This document shows, in pieces, positions 1-14,490 of a stretch of 64,000 nt of DNA. Under the pieces are notes generated by a model that saw nothing but the letters and a program-made list of their open reading frames with translations, was not told the DNA's origin and did no database searches. A program made the translations under genes and the position numbers. Where the stretch lies: the NCBI RefSeq assembly GCF_009914755.1, contig NC_060925.1; one strand, given 5' to 3'. Each line of letters starts with the position of its first letter. The stretch's first letter is position 1. The DNA comes from the human T2T-CHM13v2.0 reference genome, Homo sapiens.

Positions 1-333
1 CATGAATCTCTCCTCATCTGTGTTCCATTCTTAGCATCATCAATGAATATAACTAAAAATAGTATTAAACTGGACATTTTTGGTTAATTTATTTCAAAAC
101 TACATTAATATCATTTGATTAATTCAGCAAAAAATTGTACATGTGCACCATTGTTCAAAAAATATAGTGTCCAGGCAGTTATGTGTAAAAAAACATAAAT
201 ATAATATAGTGCTTGGCTTTAATAAGCATAATATTCAATAAAAATCATCACAAAATTAACAAAGTCAAAATAAATTTTAACATTTAGCACAAAAACAGTG
301 AGCTGTAATTTTCCAAAGAATAGAGCTAGAATG

Positions 334-681
334 CTATCTTCATCAGTGTGGGCTGCTGTAACAAAACATCATTAACTGGGTAATTTATAAATGACAGAAA
401 TAATTTTTTCACAGTTCTGCAGGTAAAGTCCAAGAATAAGGCGTTGGCAGATTCTGTGTCTCATGAGGGTTGCTTTCCAGTTTACAGCTGTTTTTTGCTA
501 TCTCCTCACATAACAGAAGGAGCTCTCTGGCTTCTTCATATAAGACCACTAATACCAATCATAAGAGCTCAACCCTTATGACCTGTTCACTTTCCAAGGG
601 CCTCACTTTCAAATACCATCATATTGGGGATTAGGTTTCAACATGTGAATTTTGGTGAGACATAGATATTCAGTCTATTGC
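334..681 (-). mobile_element. MLT1A-like solo LTR (ERVL-MaLR)
   Basis: Ends AAATACCATCATATTGGGGATTAGGTTTCAACATGTGAATTTTGG...ATTCAGTCTATTGCA, the reverse complement of the MLT1A LTR start. Begins with the typical GGGCTGCTGTAACAAAA...ACTGGGTAATTTATAAA. Confidence 0.8.
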
Positions 682-1334
682 AAATACTCAGAATAGCGCA
701 AGGTTTGTTTATCAAAACTGAGCTGTACTATATTGGTCATAATGAACATGTAAGAAAGTAGTGAAGAAAACTAATGGAAGAGATCTGAGGTCAGTTCGTA
801 ACATATGAAGGCCCTGGAATGACTTTATTTATTAGGCATAGATTGCCACTTATGTGAGGATCACAGTGATAGGCTTGATTTCAAATGTCAGTTATGATGA
901 ACAATTGACCAAAATGATTAGCAAGGCCAACAATTCCTAAAGTAAACAGTAAGAGATTTACTCTCTAGAAACACAAGATTAGATATGCTTGGCCCTAAGC
1001 TTCAAATAAGTGAATATGAATCTCAGGAAAAAAATATCAATTAGAGAAAATGTGTTCATCTGAATTATTTAAATTTCATAGAATTTGCACTATAATCATA
1101 TATTTTTCTCCTAAAACGACTATCCAACATCCAAGGTATGATGACCTTACCTTGAAAAAACCATTTTAAAAATTGCATGATATATTTTAAAGATAAGTTA
1201 TCATTAAACCAAAATATTAACCTAAGAAGAATTTTGTACACTAAGAATACTAATAGTGTTCAAAATTTTCACTTATGTCTTTGCAAAATCTTAGAATCAT
1301 GTACAGCATATTTTAAAAATTCACGTTTTGCCCA

Positions 1335-2752
<1,418 letters not shown>

Positions 2753-2756
2753 AATG

Positions 2757-3125
2757 AAAAAGTTGACTTCATAGAAGTAGAGAGTAGATTATTGGTTACC
2801 AGAGACTGGAAGGAAGAAGGAAGAGTGCGGTACCAGAAGAAGTTGGTCAGTGGATATAAAGTTGCAGTAAGAAAGAATAAATTTTTATGTTTTATTATAC
2901 AAGAGAGTGACTATAGCAAGTAACAATGTGTATATTTGAAGATAGATAGATTTTGAACGTTACCACCACGAGAAATGATAAATGTTTAAGGGCTGAATAC
3001 GATAATTACTGTGACCTTATCATTATATTATGTATACATGTGTTGAGATATCACAATGTACCCCATAATTATGTGTGATTATTATGTGTTAATTAAACAT
3101 GTTAGAAATTAAATTAAAAACATAA
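2757..3125 (+). mobile_element. L1MA-type 3' end fragment
   Basis: AAAGTTGACTTCATAGAAGTAGAGAGTAGA...GGTTACCAGAGACTGG...GAAATGATAAATGTTT...ATGTACCCCATAA, then an A-rich end. Confidence 0.8.
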
Positions 3126-3380
3126 TGAAAAAATCCAAATTTCAACCACAATGTGTGCCTAAAATAATATTTTATATATAGGTATAAATACTTTCTAAAT
3201 GTTAATATATTCCAGATAATAATAATGAAAATAAAATTGTGCATATGATAGATGAAGCACATTTCAGGTGAATATGCGCTTTGTTTTTCTAGCCTTTCAA
3301 AAAACAAAATTAAACAAAAAATAGCTCTAATTCCTTTATTTTCTAAATGAATGGGATTAGGCTATTTACATTCCTCCAAA

Positions 3381-3701
<321 letters not shown>

Positions 3702-3789
3702 AGTTTTTTTTACCTCCTAAAATATACCTGGGCTTTATATGTATAGGTGATATTTATATGTAACTATGTATTACTACAGTAAGATATTT

Positions 3790-4460
3790 GTGCAATTGAC
3801 TATTTTCATAAAAGTTTTAGATAATCAGAAATTGATCATATAATGCAATAACAGTAAATATATTCCCTCCACACCTCCGTCCCCCCCGCACCACATATAG
3901 TTTCCCCTATTATTAAGTTCTTACATTAGAGTGGTCCATTTGTTAGAATTAATGAATCAATATTAATACATTATTATTAAGCAGAGTACTTAGTTTATTG
4001 ATTGATGTATTTTTTATCTAAAGTAATTTTACCATTCCAGACTCTTATTCAGATACTATGATACCTTAAGCCCTCGTGTTTCCTTAGGCTCATTTTAGGC
4101 TCCTCAGCTTCTCCTTGCTTTTGGTAACTTCTACAGTTTTGAGGAATGCTGATGAGATACATTGCAAGATGTCTTTATTTTGGAATTTTTTGATGTTTTA
4201 ACCACGATTAAAATGGTTTTATCATTTTATGAGAAGATTACAGAGATCAATGCTATTTTCATCACATATTTTTAGGAGTACATACTATCAATATGATTTA
4301 AGATTGGTGATGTTGAACTTAATCACCTTGCCCAAGTAGTGTTTTTAGGTTTCTCCTTGTAAAGTTACTCTTTTTTGTCTTACCTTCCATACTGTACTCT
4401 TCGTAAGGAAGTTACTATTCACAGTGTACAATTAAAAAATGGGAAATTACAAGATCCTTT
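3790..4460 (-). mobile_element. Old L1 (L1MC/MD-type) 3'UTR fragment
   Basis: CCCTATTATTAAG...CATTTGTTAGAATTAATGAATCAATATTAATACATTATTATTAA...GATGTTGAACTTAATCACCTTG...GTAAAGTTACT, typical of the L1MC 3' end antisense. Confidence 0.7.
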
Positions 4461-4799
4461 TTAAAAGGGATGTTATATCAATATAGGAGCTAAGGTATCA
4501 TTCAATAGTAAATTTCTATGATCATTGTATATTAGATCACTAATTTTCATGGCTTTGAATATACCTCAGATTTTCTTCCATTTTAAAACATCTCCTATAG
4601 CCTGACGTGTGAGTTAGGAGTGTCTGGGCTGCAACTTATAGAATACTGAAATAATGGTTTGAAACCCAGGTTCATTTATTTTTAATTAACAATAACAGCA
4701 ACAAAAAAAAAAGTGAAGTAGATGGTCCTGGACTAGATCAGCTCTTCTGTAATTCCAACAAAGTGAAAAAGGAAAAACAACCAACCAGCCAAACAACCA

Positions 4800-5270
4800 A
4801 ACAAACAAAATTGACCCTGACAACTGACCACTAACAGCTGGTAGATTGCAGCTGGCTGTGAATATCAATTAAGCACAAATAAACACAAATAATCTTTAGG
4901 GAATATTGACAGAGACAGATACTCAACATTCTGCAATAAAAAATAATTAAACATCTCCCTATTCTGAATAACATGAGTGACCATTACTTTTTTACCTTAC
5001 TTTCATTTTTCTACTTCTTAATTTAAAAAAATTACACAAATTGCCCATTTTTCTTAAAACATCCAGCCAAAAACAAATTTTCATTTATATTATACCACTC
5101 CAAAATCACCTGGAGCAAGCCCAAATTACATAAAAACTCCCTCCAAAGGTACCCTCCCCACAAAGTTTTTCACGATGCACCTTTCTCATATCACAGCAAG
5201 CTAATAAACTATACTGTTGTTGACTACAGGTATACTGTTGCTGAATTTTGGCTAATGGGCTCTAACAAGA
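4800..5270 (+). mobile_element. Probable old ERV solo-LTR remnant, family uncertain
   Basis: GCAAGCCCAAATTACATAAAA (TATA-like) followed by GCAAGCTAATAAAC...TTGACTACAGGT, the R/U5 layout of MER34/MER39-like LTRs. Confidence 0.4.
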
Positions 5271-5292
5271 TATCAGATCTCTTTCTATACTA

Positions 5293-5477
5293 CTTTTAAT
5301 TTCAATAGTGTTTGAGGTACAGGTAGTTTTTGGTTACACAGATACATGTTTTAGTGGTGATTTCTGAGATTGTGGTGCACCCATCACCTAAGCGTTGTAC
5401 ATTGTACCCAATATGTACTCTTTTATCCCTCACAGCCCTCTTACTCTTCTGCCACTGAGTTCTGAAAGTCCATTTAA
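5293..5477 (-). mobile_element. L1PB-type 3' terminal fragment
   Basis: TTTCAATAG...GGTACAGGTAGTTTTTGGTTACA...TTTAGTGGTGATTTCTGAGAT...GGTGCACCCATCACC...GTACATTGTACCCAATATG. Confidence 0.85.
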
Positions 5478-6303
5478 TCTCCAGGCTACTGGCTTTTCAT
5501 TCCTGTTTACATTCTCAATGTCAGAAGAATGCTGAGTTTGTTACATACTTCATTCCCTTACTCCTACATGTCAAGCAGAAAGAAAGAATTGAAGCCACTA
5601 TTCTTTTCTTTCCTCTTGAAATTGTCTCAGGTTTTCCAACATGCACCATTGACCAGAATAAATCAATCTTAGTTGGAAGGGAAATTAGAAAAAATAGGTA
5701 GGTGATGGAGGAAAACAGAAATGCTGTATTTTAATTAGACCAATAATGATTTATCCTTCAAGAAAGATAAGTTAATTTTTGCAACTAGTTTTATTAGGTC
5801 AGAATCACTCTGATTTTTTAAAAAATAAAACAACCGAACAATATAATTAGGAACTTAAAATACAAAAACTTCAAGAGAATATTACAAATTGAATTCTGTA
5901 ATATATGAAAAGATAGTATATCACAAACATACACATATAATATACACAATTGCAAGGCTGGCTCAATAGTTGAAAAACAATCAGTGTAACCCACAACATT
6001 ACATGTTTAAAGTAGAAACAACAATGGTCAAACAATGATCAAATCAGTAGGTGAAAATTTGACTAAATGAAGTGCCCATTTATGATAAAAGAAAATTCCT
6101 GATAAAATTAGCTTACATAAAACCTAAAGCTAGCATCATATTTAATGATAAATGATGGAACACTTTTTGTCTTAGATTGGAAACAAGACAAGGATATTCA
6201 GTTTCACAACTCTTAATGAACATTGTACTTTAAGTTCAAACTTGTACAATGAGTGACAAAAAGATACATACATACATATATATATATGTGTATATGAAGT
6301 TGG

Positions 6304-6526
6304 AGCTAGGTGTAGTGGCTCATGCCTGTACTCTTACCACTTTGGGAAGCTGAGATGGGTAGATTGCTTGAGCCCAGGAATTTGATACTGGCATGGGCAA
6401 CATGGTGAAACCTCATCTCTACCAAAAAAAAAAGCAAAAATTAGCTGGGTGTGGTGGTGCACACATGTAGTCCCAGATACTTCGTTTTAGAAGGCTGGGG
6501 TGGAAGAATTGCTTGAGCTAGGGAGG
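6304..6526 (+). mobile_element. AluJ, 3'-truncated within the right arm
   Basis: GATTGCTTGAGCCCAGGA (J diagnostic). The sequence stops after GAATTGCTTGAGCTAGGGAGGC, with no tail. Confidence 0.9.
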
Positions 6527-6624
6527 CATTTCTCTTTGTTTCTGAATAAGGACAGTATATTTGTTCAGGAATCGGTTCATTGAACAATGGAATAGAATAT
6601 AAAATCCAGAAACAGACTGACACA

Positions 6625-6780
6625 AATATAGTCATTTTATATATGTAGTCATGTTTATATATATATATATTTATAATTTTATAAGTATAGTCATGTTATA
6701 TATATAACATATATAAATATATATAACATATATAAATATAGTCATTATATATACATATATATGTATATATATATATATAA
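6625..6780. repeat. (TA)n-rich low-complexity expansion with four TAGTCAT anchors
   Basis: TAGTCAT at 6629, 6646, 6688 and 6739, separated by TA runs. Confidence 0.85.
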
Positions 6781-8518
6781 CATGGAGCTATAGCAATTCA
6801 ATTGGGAAAGAGGAGTATTTCAACAAATGGTTTGGGAAAAATTGGAGTTTCACATTTAGAAAAACAAATTCAACATAAGATCACATTGCATGCATACAAA
6901 AATTAACACAAAGTGAATTTCAGATTAAAATGTAAAGTGTAAAATTTTAAGAATTTATAAAAGAAAACAAAAAAGTGACTTAAGTTTACACAAATTTCTC
7001 GAAATGAGATTATGTCTATGATTTATAAAGAAAACATGATTTATATGAGTCTCTTGACATACAAAAGACTGCTTTAAAAGAAAGAAAAGGCAAGCTTCCA
7101 ATAATTGCGAGAATACTTGGAAACCTCATATCTGAAAAAGAACATATATATAATATATACGATGAAATCTTAAACTCCATATTAGAAAATCAGAGTGATG
7201 TCAGCAAGATGGCTGACTGGAAGCCTCTAGCACTTGTCACCCTCACAAAGAAAGCCAGAACAATGAAGAAACTACATTTTAATGAAAATAACTGAAGGAG
7301 AGTTCTGGAGCTTGACAGAAATGTATCAGAGACCCTAGTAAGTACAGAAACTCTGGATGACTGCATAGGGAATGGAAGAGAGCTCTGTCCACCGACCCGT
7401 TTTACAACTGGGATCAACTGGGAGCAAGGAGGAACTTTTTCCTATGACAAAGAGTTAAGCAATAAGGCCCTTGTCAACTCCTTGGACACCAACAGACCCC
7501 ACATTCAGGTTCCTCGCAGTCTTCACAGTCACTAAGCCCAGATGAGGGAGCTGCCTAAAGGCTACAAAGCTGTGTTCCCCTAAGAGAAAATGCCAACACT
7601 GAGCCCCAACACCTGTAGCCCACAGAACGACTGTGCCATGCCATCTTGGAATAGAAATTATGGCTGGAGACTGTCTCGCTCTAGGGATGAGTAGCAATGG
7701 CCCTCTATCCCTGAGGCTAAGTTGTTGCCAAACCACACCAGCCCAGTTGTGTGACATCCCCAAGCCTAGTTGTGAATAGCTGTTACACCTTTCTCTGTGT
7801 GACCAAGAGGAAATGGAGCCACTCCGGCTATCCTCTTTGCCTAGACCCTTGGCCTACAGCTGAAGTAATGCCCTGACTTTTTGAAATACAGTACCTTAGT
7901 CACTTAGGGAAGTCATGTCTCCTCAGCCTAAGCTGAAGTAGTGCCCTAAAACCCAGGAAAACCTTTGAGTAGCTTTGGCTGCTCAAAGAGGTAACATATC
8001 CTAGGACTTAAGCTGAAGCTTTGGCCTACATTCCATGGAAATGGTGCCTGGGCCACCCAGAACAGTCATGATCCCGAGGCCTGAGGTGAAGGGAAACATT
8101 GCCCCTTGGTAATTGGTGGCTTGGTCAAACTGAGGAGCTTCATGTTTTAGAACTGAGCTAATGTAGTAACTTCTCCCAAGGAAATATAGTGGTTGACATG
8201 AGACGCCCTGTTCTACAGGCAAAAAGACTCTAGTACCTCTCTTCTCTGGAGCTGGACTGGAGTCTGAGCTGCAGAGGCATCCATTGCCTAAAAAGTAGAG
8301 TCATCACTGTGCTGTTTCCTCCTCCTGACAAGAACCCAAATGACAGCTGTACGCCACTATTCTGAGGTATAAAAGTAGATAGAGCAGATACATAAAAGAG
8401 GAAGAGAAAAGAATCAAACTTTAGCACTACAGAAAACCACCAAACTACAATGATACAAAAAAGAGAGAAAATAAGGAACAAAGGACAAACAAAACAACAA
8501 GAAAAAAAAATCAAACAA

Positions 8519-11500
8519 ATGACAGGAGTTGGGTCCTTGTCTATCAATGATAACCTTAAATGTAAATGGATTACATTCTTCACTTAATAATGATATAGAC
8601 TGGATGAATAGATATAAAAAGTGACCCAACTATATGGTGCCTACAAGAAACTCTTTTCACCTATAAAGACACACATAGGTTACAAGTAAAAGAAAGTAAA
8701 AAGATATTTCATGTAGATGGAAACCACAAGAGTGCAGAACTGCCTGTGCTTATATCAGATAAAATAGACTTCAAGTCAAAAACTATAAAGAGATAATGAA
8801 GGTAATTATATAATTATAAAGGAATCAATTCAGAAAAAAGATATACTAATTATAAATATATATGCTAGACCAGAGGAAACAGACACATAAAACAAATCTT
8901 AGATTTGAACAGAGAGATAGATGCTAATCAAATAATAATTGGGGACTTCAACACCCCATTCTCAGCATTGCATAGATCACCTAGACAGAAAATCAACAAA
9001 GCAATATTGGATTTAAACTGCACTTTAGACCAAATAGACCTAATTCACATTTATAGGACATTGCATCCTTCAGCTGCAGAATGAAAATTATTTTAACCTG
9101 TGCGTGAAACAGTTTCCAGAATAAGCCTCATTTTGGGCCACAAAATAAGGGTCAACAAATTTAAGAGAACTAAAATTATATCAAGTGTCCTTTCTGACCA
9201 CATAGAATAAACATGAAGAACTCTCAAAATTGTACAAATACATGAAAATTAAACAATGTGCTCCTGAATAAGCAATGGGACATTACAAAAAAAGAATGAA
9301 ATACTAAAATAATTTTGAAACAAAGGAAAATAAGAACATAACATACCAAAATATGGGCAACAGCAAAAGGAGTGGTAAGAGGAAAGTTTATAGCAATAAA
9401 CACCTATATCAAGAAAGTAGAAATATTTTAAATAAACAACCTAATAATGTTCTCAAGGAATTAGAAAAGCAAGAACAAACTAAACTCAAAATCACAAAAA
9501 GGAAAGAAATAACATAAATCAGAGCAGAAATAAATAAAATTGAGACTAGATGAATAGAAATTATTTAAAAAACAAAAAGTTGGTTTTTTGAAAGATAAAA
9601 TCAACTATCCATTACCTAAACTAATAAAAAAGAGAGAGAAGACCCAAATAAATAAAATCAGAAATGGTAAAGGAGATGTCACAACTGATACCACTGAAAT
9701 ACAAAGCATAATTAGAGTCCATTGTAGATAACTACACACCAATAAATTCAGAAACCGAGAAAAAACTGGTAAATTCCTGGAAAACATAACCTATTCAGAT
9801 TGAACCAAAAAGAAATAAAAAAAAACAGAACAGACCAATTACAAGTTATGATATTGAATATTTTAAAAAAATTCTACCATCAAAGAAAAGCCCAAGATTA
9901 AATGCTTTCATTGCAGAACTATACTAAACATAAAAAAATTCTCAAGCTCTTCCAAATATGGAAAAGGAGGGAATTCCTCCAGACTCATTATATGAGGCCA
10001 GCTTTACTCTGATTCCCAAACCAGACAAGGACATAACAAAAAAAGAAAACTATAGGTCAATATCCCTGATTAATATAGATTCAGAAGTCTTCAACAAAAT
10101 ACTAGCAAACTGAATCCAGCAGCATATTTAAAAAGATCATTCATTGTGATCAAGTGGAAATTATCCCAGTAATGGAAAATTGGTTTAACATACCAAATCA
10201 ATAAACATAGTATATCACACCAACAGAATAAATGGCAAAAACCATATAATCATCTCAACGGATGCAGAAAAAGTAGTTGATAAAATTCAACATCACTTCA
10301 TGATAAAAACTCTCAACAAATTAGGTTTAGAAGAAACGTACCACAGTGCAATAAAGGTCATATAGGACAAACTCACTGCCAACATCATGCTGAATGGGGA
10401 AAAGTTGAAATCTTTTTCTGTAAAATCTAGAAGAAGACAACAATGACTGCTTTTACCACATTTATTCAATATAGTACTGGAAATCCTAGCCAGAGCAATT
10501 AAGTAAGAAAAAGAAATAAACAGCATTCAAATTAAAAAGAGGTAGTCAAATTATTCTTATTTGTGGAGGACATGATCTCATATGTAGAAAAACGTAAAAA
10601 TTCCACCAAAAAACTGTTAGGGCTGAAAAACAAATTCAGTAAAGTTCCAGGATACAAAGTAAGCATACAAAAATCAGTAGCATTTCTTACACCAACAATG
10701 AACTAGTGGGAAAAGAAATCAAGAAAACAATCCTATTTACAGCTTTTACACACACATACACACACATACATGCACGTACAACTTAGGAATAAATTTAATT
10801 GAGGTGAAAGATTGCTAGCAAAGAAAACAAGCTCACAAAACACTGATGAAAGAGGATGAGTTGGAGAGGACACAAAAAAAGAAAATATGTGTTATGTCCA
10901 TGGATTGGAACAATTTATAATGTGAAAATAACCAAATTACCAAAGAGATTCTATGCAAACTCTATCAAAATACCAATGCAATTCTTCACAGAAATAGTAA
11001 AATCAATCCTGAAATTTGAATGCAACGACAAAAGATGCTGAATAGTCAAAGAAATACTGAGAAAAAAAGAACAAAGTTGGAGACATCACACTACTTGACT
11101 TCAAAACATACTACAAAGCTAGGTAACCAGAACAGCATTTTACTGGCATATAAACAGATACATAGGTCAGTAAACAGAATAGATAATCTAGAAATAAATC
11201 CATGTATTTATAGCCAAGTAATTTGACAACCATGCCAAGAACCTACATTGGAGAAAGGCAGTCTCTTCAATAAATGGTGCTGGTAACACCGGATATCCAC
11301 ATGTAGAAAAATGAAATTGATATATAAAATGATTTTATATAGGATTTTCCCTATCTCCTACCATATATAAGTCAATTCAAAATGGATTACATACTTAAAT
11401 GTAAGACCTGAACTATGACACTACTAGACAAAAACACAGGGGAAATGTTTCAGGACATTGGTCTGTGCAAATATTTTATGGAGAAGACCTTATAAATACA

Positions 11501-11869
11501 GGAAACAAAGCAAAAATAGACAGGATTATATCAAGCTAAAAAGTCTGTGCATAGCAAAAGAAACAACAAATTGAAGAGACAACCTGCAGAAGGGGAGAAA
11601 ATATTTGAAAACTTTCATTTAACAAGAGATTAACATTCAGAGTACATAAGGAGCACAAATGACTCAACAGCAAAATAACTAATAATATGATTAAAATATG
11701 GGCAAATGAGCTAAATAGATATCTCTCAAAAGAAAATATACAAATGACCAACAGGTATATATAGAAATGCTCAACATCACTAATCATCATGGAAATGCAA
11801 ATCATAATGACAATGAGATATCATTTTATCCCAGTTACAATGGCTATTATCAAAAAGACTACAAAGAAA

Positions 11870-11930
<61 letters not shown>

Positions 11931-12330
11931 AGCAGTCTACATACTGGCAAAAATGTATAGAAAGGATAACTCATATGTTTTTGGTGGGAATGTAAATTAG
12001 TACAGCCCATTTTGGGAAACAGTATGGCGTTTCCAAAAAACTAAACTAATATTAATATATGATTCGGCAATCCCACTACTGGGACTTCCAAAGGAAAGGA
12101 AATCAGTATGTTGAAGAGATATCTGCACTCCCATGTTTATTGCAGCACTATCCACAAAAGCCAAGATATGAAATCAACCTATGTGTATGTCAACAGCTGA
12201 ATGGATAAAGAAAATGTGGTAAATAACTGCAATGGGATACCATTTAACCATTTAAAGAACAAAATTCTGTCATTCACATCAACATGGATGAACTTGAAGA
12301 ACATTATATTATGTAAAATAAACCAGGCAA
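8519..12330 (+). pseudogene. Dead L1 ORF2 (endonuclease / reverse transcriptase)
   Basis: Translatable motifs: ITLNVNGL near 8552, GDFNTP at 8941, SDH at 9193, and RT motif LFADDMI degraded to LFVEDMI at 10557. Many stops and frameshifts; the ORF track shows no long ORF here. Confidence 0.9.
11869..11929. repeat. (CA)n microsatellite inside the L1
   Basis: About 26 uninterrupted CA units preceded by a short interrupted run. Confidence 0.98.
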
Positions 12331-12732
12331 AGGAAGATAAATACCACATGCTCTCATTCATATGTGGAAGCTAAAAAAGTTGATCTCATGCTAATGGAGA
12401 TTAGAGTAGTGGTTACTAGATGTGGGGAAAGGGAGGGTGAGGGGATAGCCAGAGGTTTGCTAAAGGATATAAAAGTATAGCTAGATGGGAGAAATATGAT
12501 CTTGTGTTCAATAGTACTATGGGTGACTATAATTAACAATAATTTATTGTGTATTTTCAAATAGCTAAGAGAATGGATTCCAAACTTTGCCAGCACAAAT
12601 AAATGAAAAATATTTGAGGTGATGAACATGCCAGTTACTCTAGTTTTATCATTCATCTTCTATATATGCATTGAAATAATCCCACAAATATATACAATTA
12701 TATGTCAATTTAAAATAATAATAAAAGTAAAA

Positions 12733-13535
12733 AGCACATCTCTCAAATTTAAGAAAACAATCCAATAAAAAGTAGTCAAAATATTCAAATATAAACTTTA
12801 CCAAAAAAATATATATAGATAATAAAAAAACACATGAAAGAATATTCAACATTATAACCATTATAGACATGTAAATTAAAACCATAATCAAATAGCACTA
12901 TATACTTATTACAGTGGCTAACACTGACAATATTAAATTCTATTAAGAATATGGAGCCACTGGAACTCACACATGTTCCTGGAGATAATGCAACATATTA
13001 AATCCATCCTGGAAAATTTAGGCAGCTGTTGTAATAAAGTTAGATATGTATCAGAAGTCCCACTTGTACTTGTTTATAGTAGAGAATAAAAACATAAGTT
13101 CACACAAGCATCTCCATGTGATGATTCCTAATAGTTGTATTCATAATCACCAATACTGGACAGAACTCAAATATCCTTCAGCTGGTGAATATAAAAACAC
13201 ATCTTAGTGTATACATATAATTGAATGCTGTTATATAATTAAAGGTAACAAACTGATATATACAACTTGAGTGAATCTCAAAGCATCATGCTGAATGAAA
13301 TAAGCCAGTATCAGTTGGTTAAAAGCTATATAATCACATGTATATGACATTCTGAAAAATAAATGCTATAGTGATTTAGAACAGATCATTGATCATAAGG
13401 AGCAAGAGGAGTTTGTGACTATAAAAAGATAAGAAAAAGAGTTTTGGAGTGATAAAGTTCTTCTATTGCATGATTGAGATCATGGGCATGTGAATCTATA
13501 TGTGTGTTAAAATTCATCGAATTTAATACAATAAA
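12733..13535 (+). mobile_element. Old L1 (L1ME/MD-type), 3' continuation of the host element and its 3'UTR
   Basis: AAGAAAACAATCCAATAAAAAG...AAACACATGAAAGAATATTCAAC...GTGAATCTCAAAGCATCATGCTGAATGAAATAAGCCAG...ATATGACATTCTG. Confidence 0.75.
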
Positions 13536-14189
13536 AACCACTCCAAACACCGCTACACACACTCACCCACATAAACTCATTTGTGTGCCCGCACAAGTTA
13601 ACCTCTTAATGGGTGGAAGAAATTTTCATCAGTATTTCAGAGCTGAGGATCCAAAGACCAATAGTCTCACACTTGAAATCTCCAGAGTATCATATTCAGA
13701 AACAGAATGAAAGAAATTAAGTATGAACTTTAACAAAAATGTAACTCAGAAATTATCTCAGGAAACGCTTTTCTAAGTGTTCTCAAGTGAACCCACACTC
13801 CCACTTTACCTTATCTGCCTAACACAGCAAGTTGTGGTCCCTCTATAATGAATGATAACAGTGTCTAGAACATCTATGGTTCTTTTAAAAAACTCTGGCA
13901 TAAATCATGCAATCAAGCAAAGATATTCAGCCGATAACTAGGGGACATGCAAATAAGCAGAACTATTCTACTGATAAGCAGGAAAAATTAAACCGTAAAT
14001 TAGAATCAGATCTTTAGATTATATATATATTGGAGTTAGTGGTCAAAGACATTATAATTAATATGCACAACATAGAGAAATATGAGCAAAATTCCTTGCA
14101 CAGTTGACCAAAAACAAAAAATAATTATCAAATCACAAACTGTTGTTTCCAGGAAAAAAATGCCACCATAGACTCTGCTTTCTAGTGAT

Positions 14190-14490
14190 ATAAAGGAAAA
14201 ATATTTGCGCAACTTTACTACCATACACTTTTCATTTTAGATATGACGGACAAATTCTTCAAAAATACAATTTATCAAAAAATAGAAGGGATATAAAATT
14301 GGGCTATTCTGATACCTATTAAAGAAATATAGTCTGTTATTTAAAAATAAACTGTGAGGCCTAGATGGCTTTACTTGTGAACATTTTCAAATATTTAAAT
14401 AAGAACCGATTACGAGTCTGTTACTATATCTACCAGAGAATAGAAAATGAAGAAACATTTTACAATCCTTTAGATGAATCTATCAAAATT
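14190..14490 (+). mobile_element. Old L1 ORF2 fragment
   Basis: GGACAAATTCTTC...CCTATTAAAGAAAT...AGGCCTAGATGGCTTTACTTGTGAA...CCAGAGAATAGAAAATGAAGAAACA (GPDGFT region). Confidence 0.7.

Larger units (their letters stand above)
5870..7188 (+). mobile_element. Old L1 (L1ME/MD-type) ORF2 remnant, 5' part of the host element
   Basis: Diverged ORF2 RT-region sequence (TGCAAGGCTGGCTCAA, AAGCTAGCATCATATTTAATG, GGAAACAAGACAAGGAT), then AATGGAATAGAATA...CCAGAAACAGAC and TTCAACAAATGG. Confidence 0.75.
7190..12732 (+). mobile_element. Long L1MA-type LINE-1 (5'UTR, decayed ORF2, 3'UTR; ORF1 apparently absent)
   Basis: 5' start GAGTGATGTCAGCAAGATGGCTGAC. ORF2 remnant from ATG 8519. L1MA 3'UTR (AAAGTTGATCTCATG...GGGTGACTATAATTAACAATAATTTATTG) and an A-rich tail at about 12710-12732. 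Confidence 0.9.

Noticed and set aside
11767-12010. His/Thr- and Cys/Val-repeat ORFs
   Set aside because: Translations of the (CA)n microsatellite.
8519-12330. Active reverse transcriptase / retrotransposon
   Set aside because: ORF2 is broken by many stops and frameshifts, the catalytic FADD reads FVED, and ORF1 appears to be missing.
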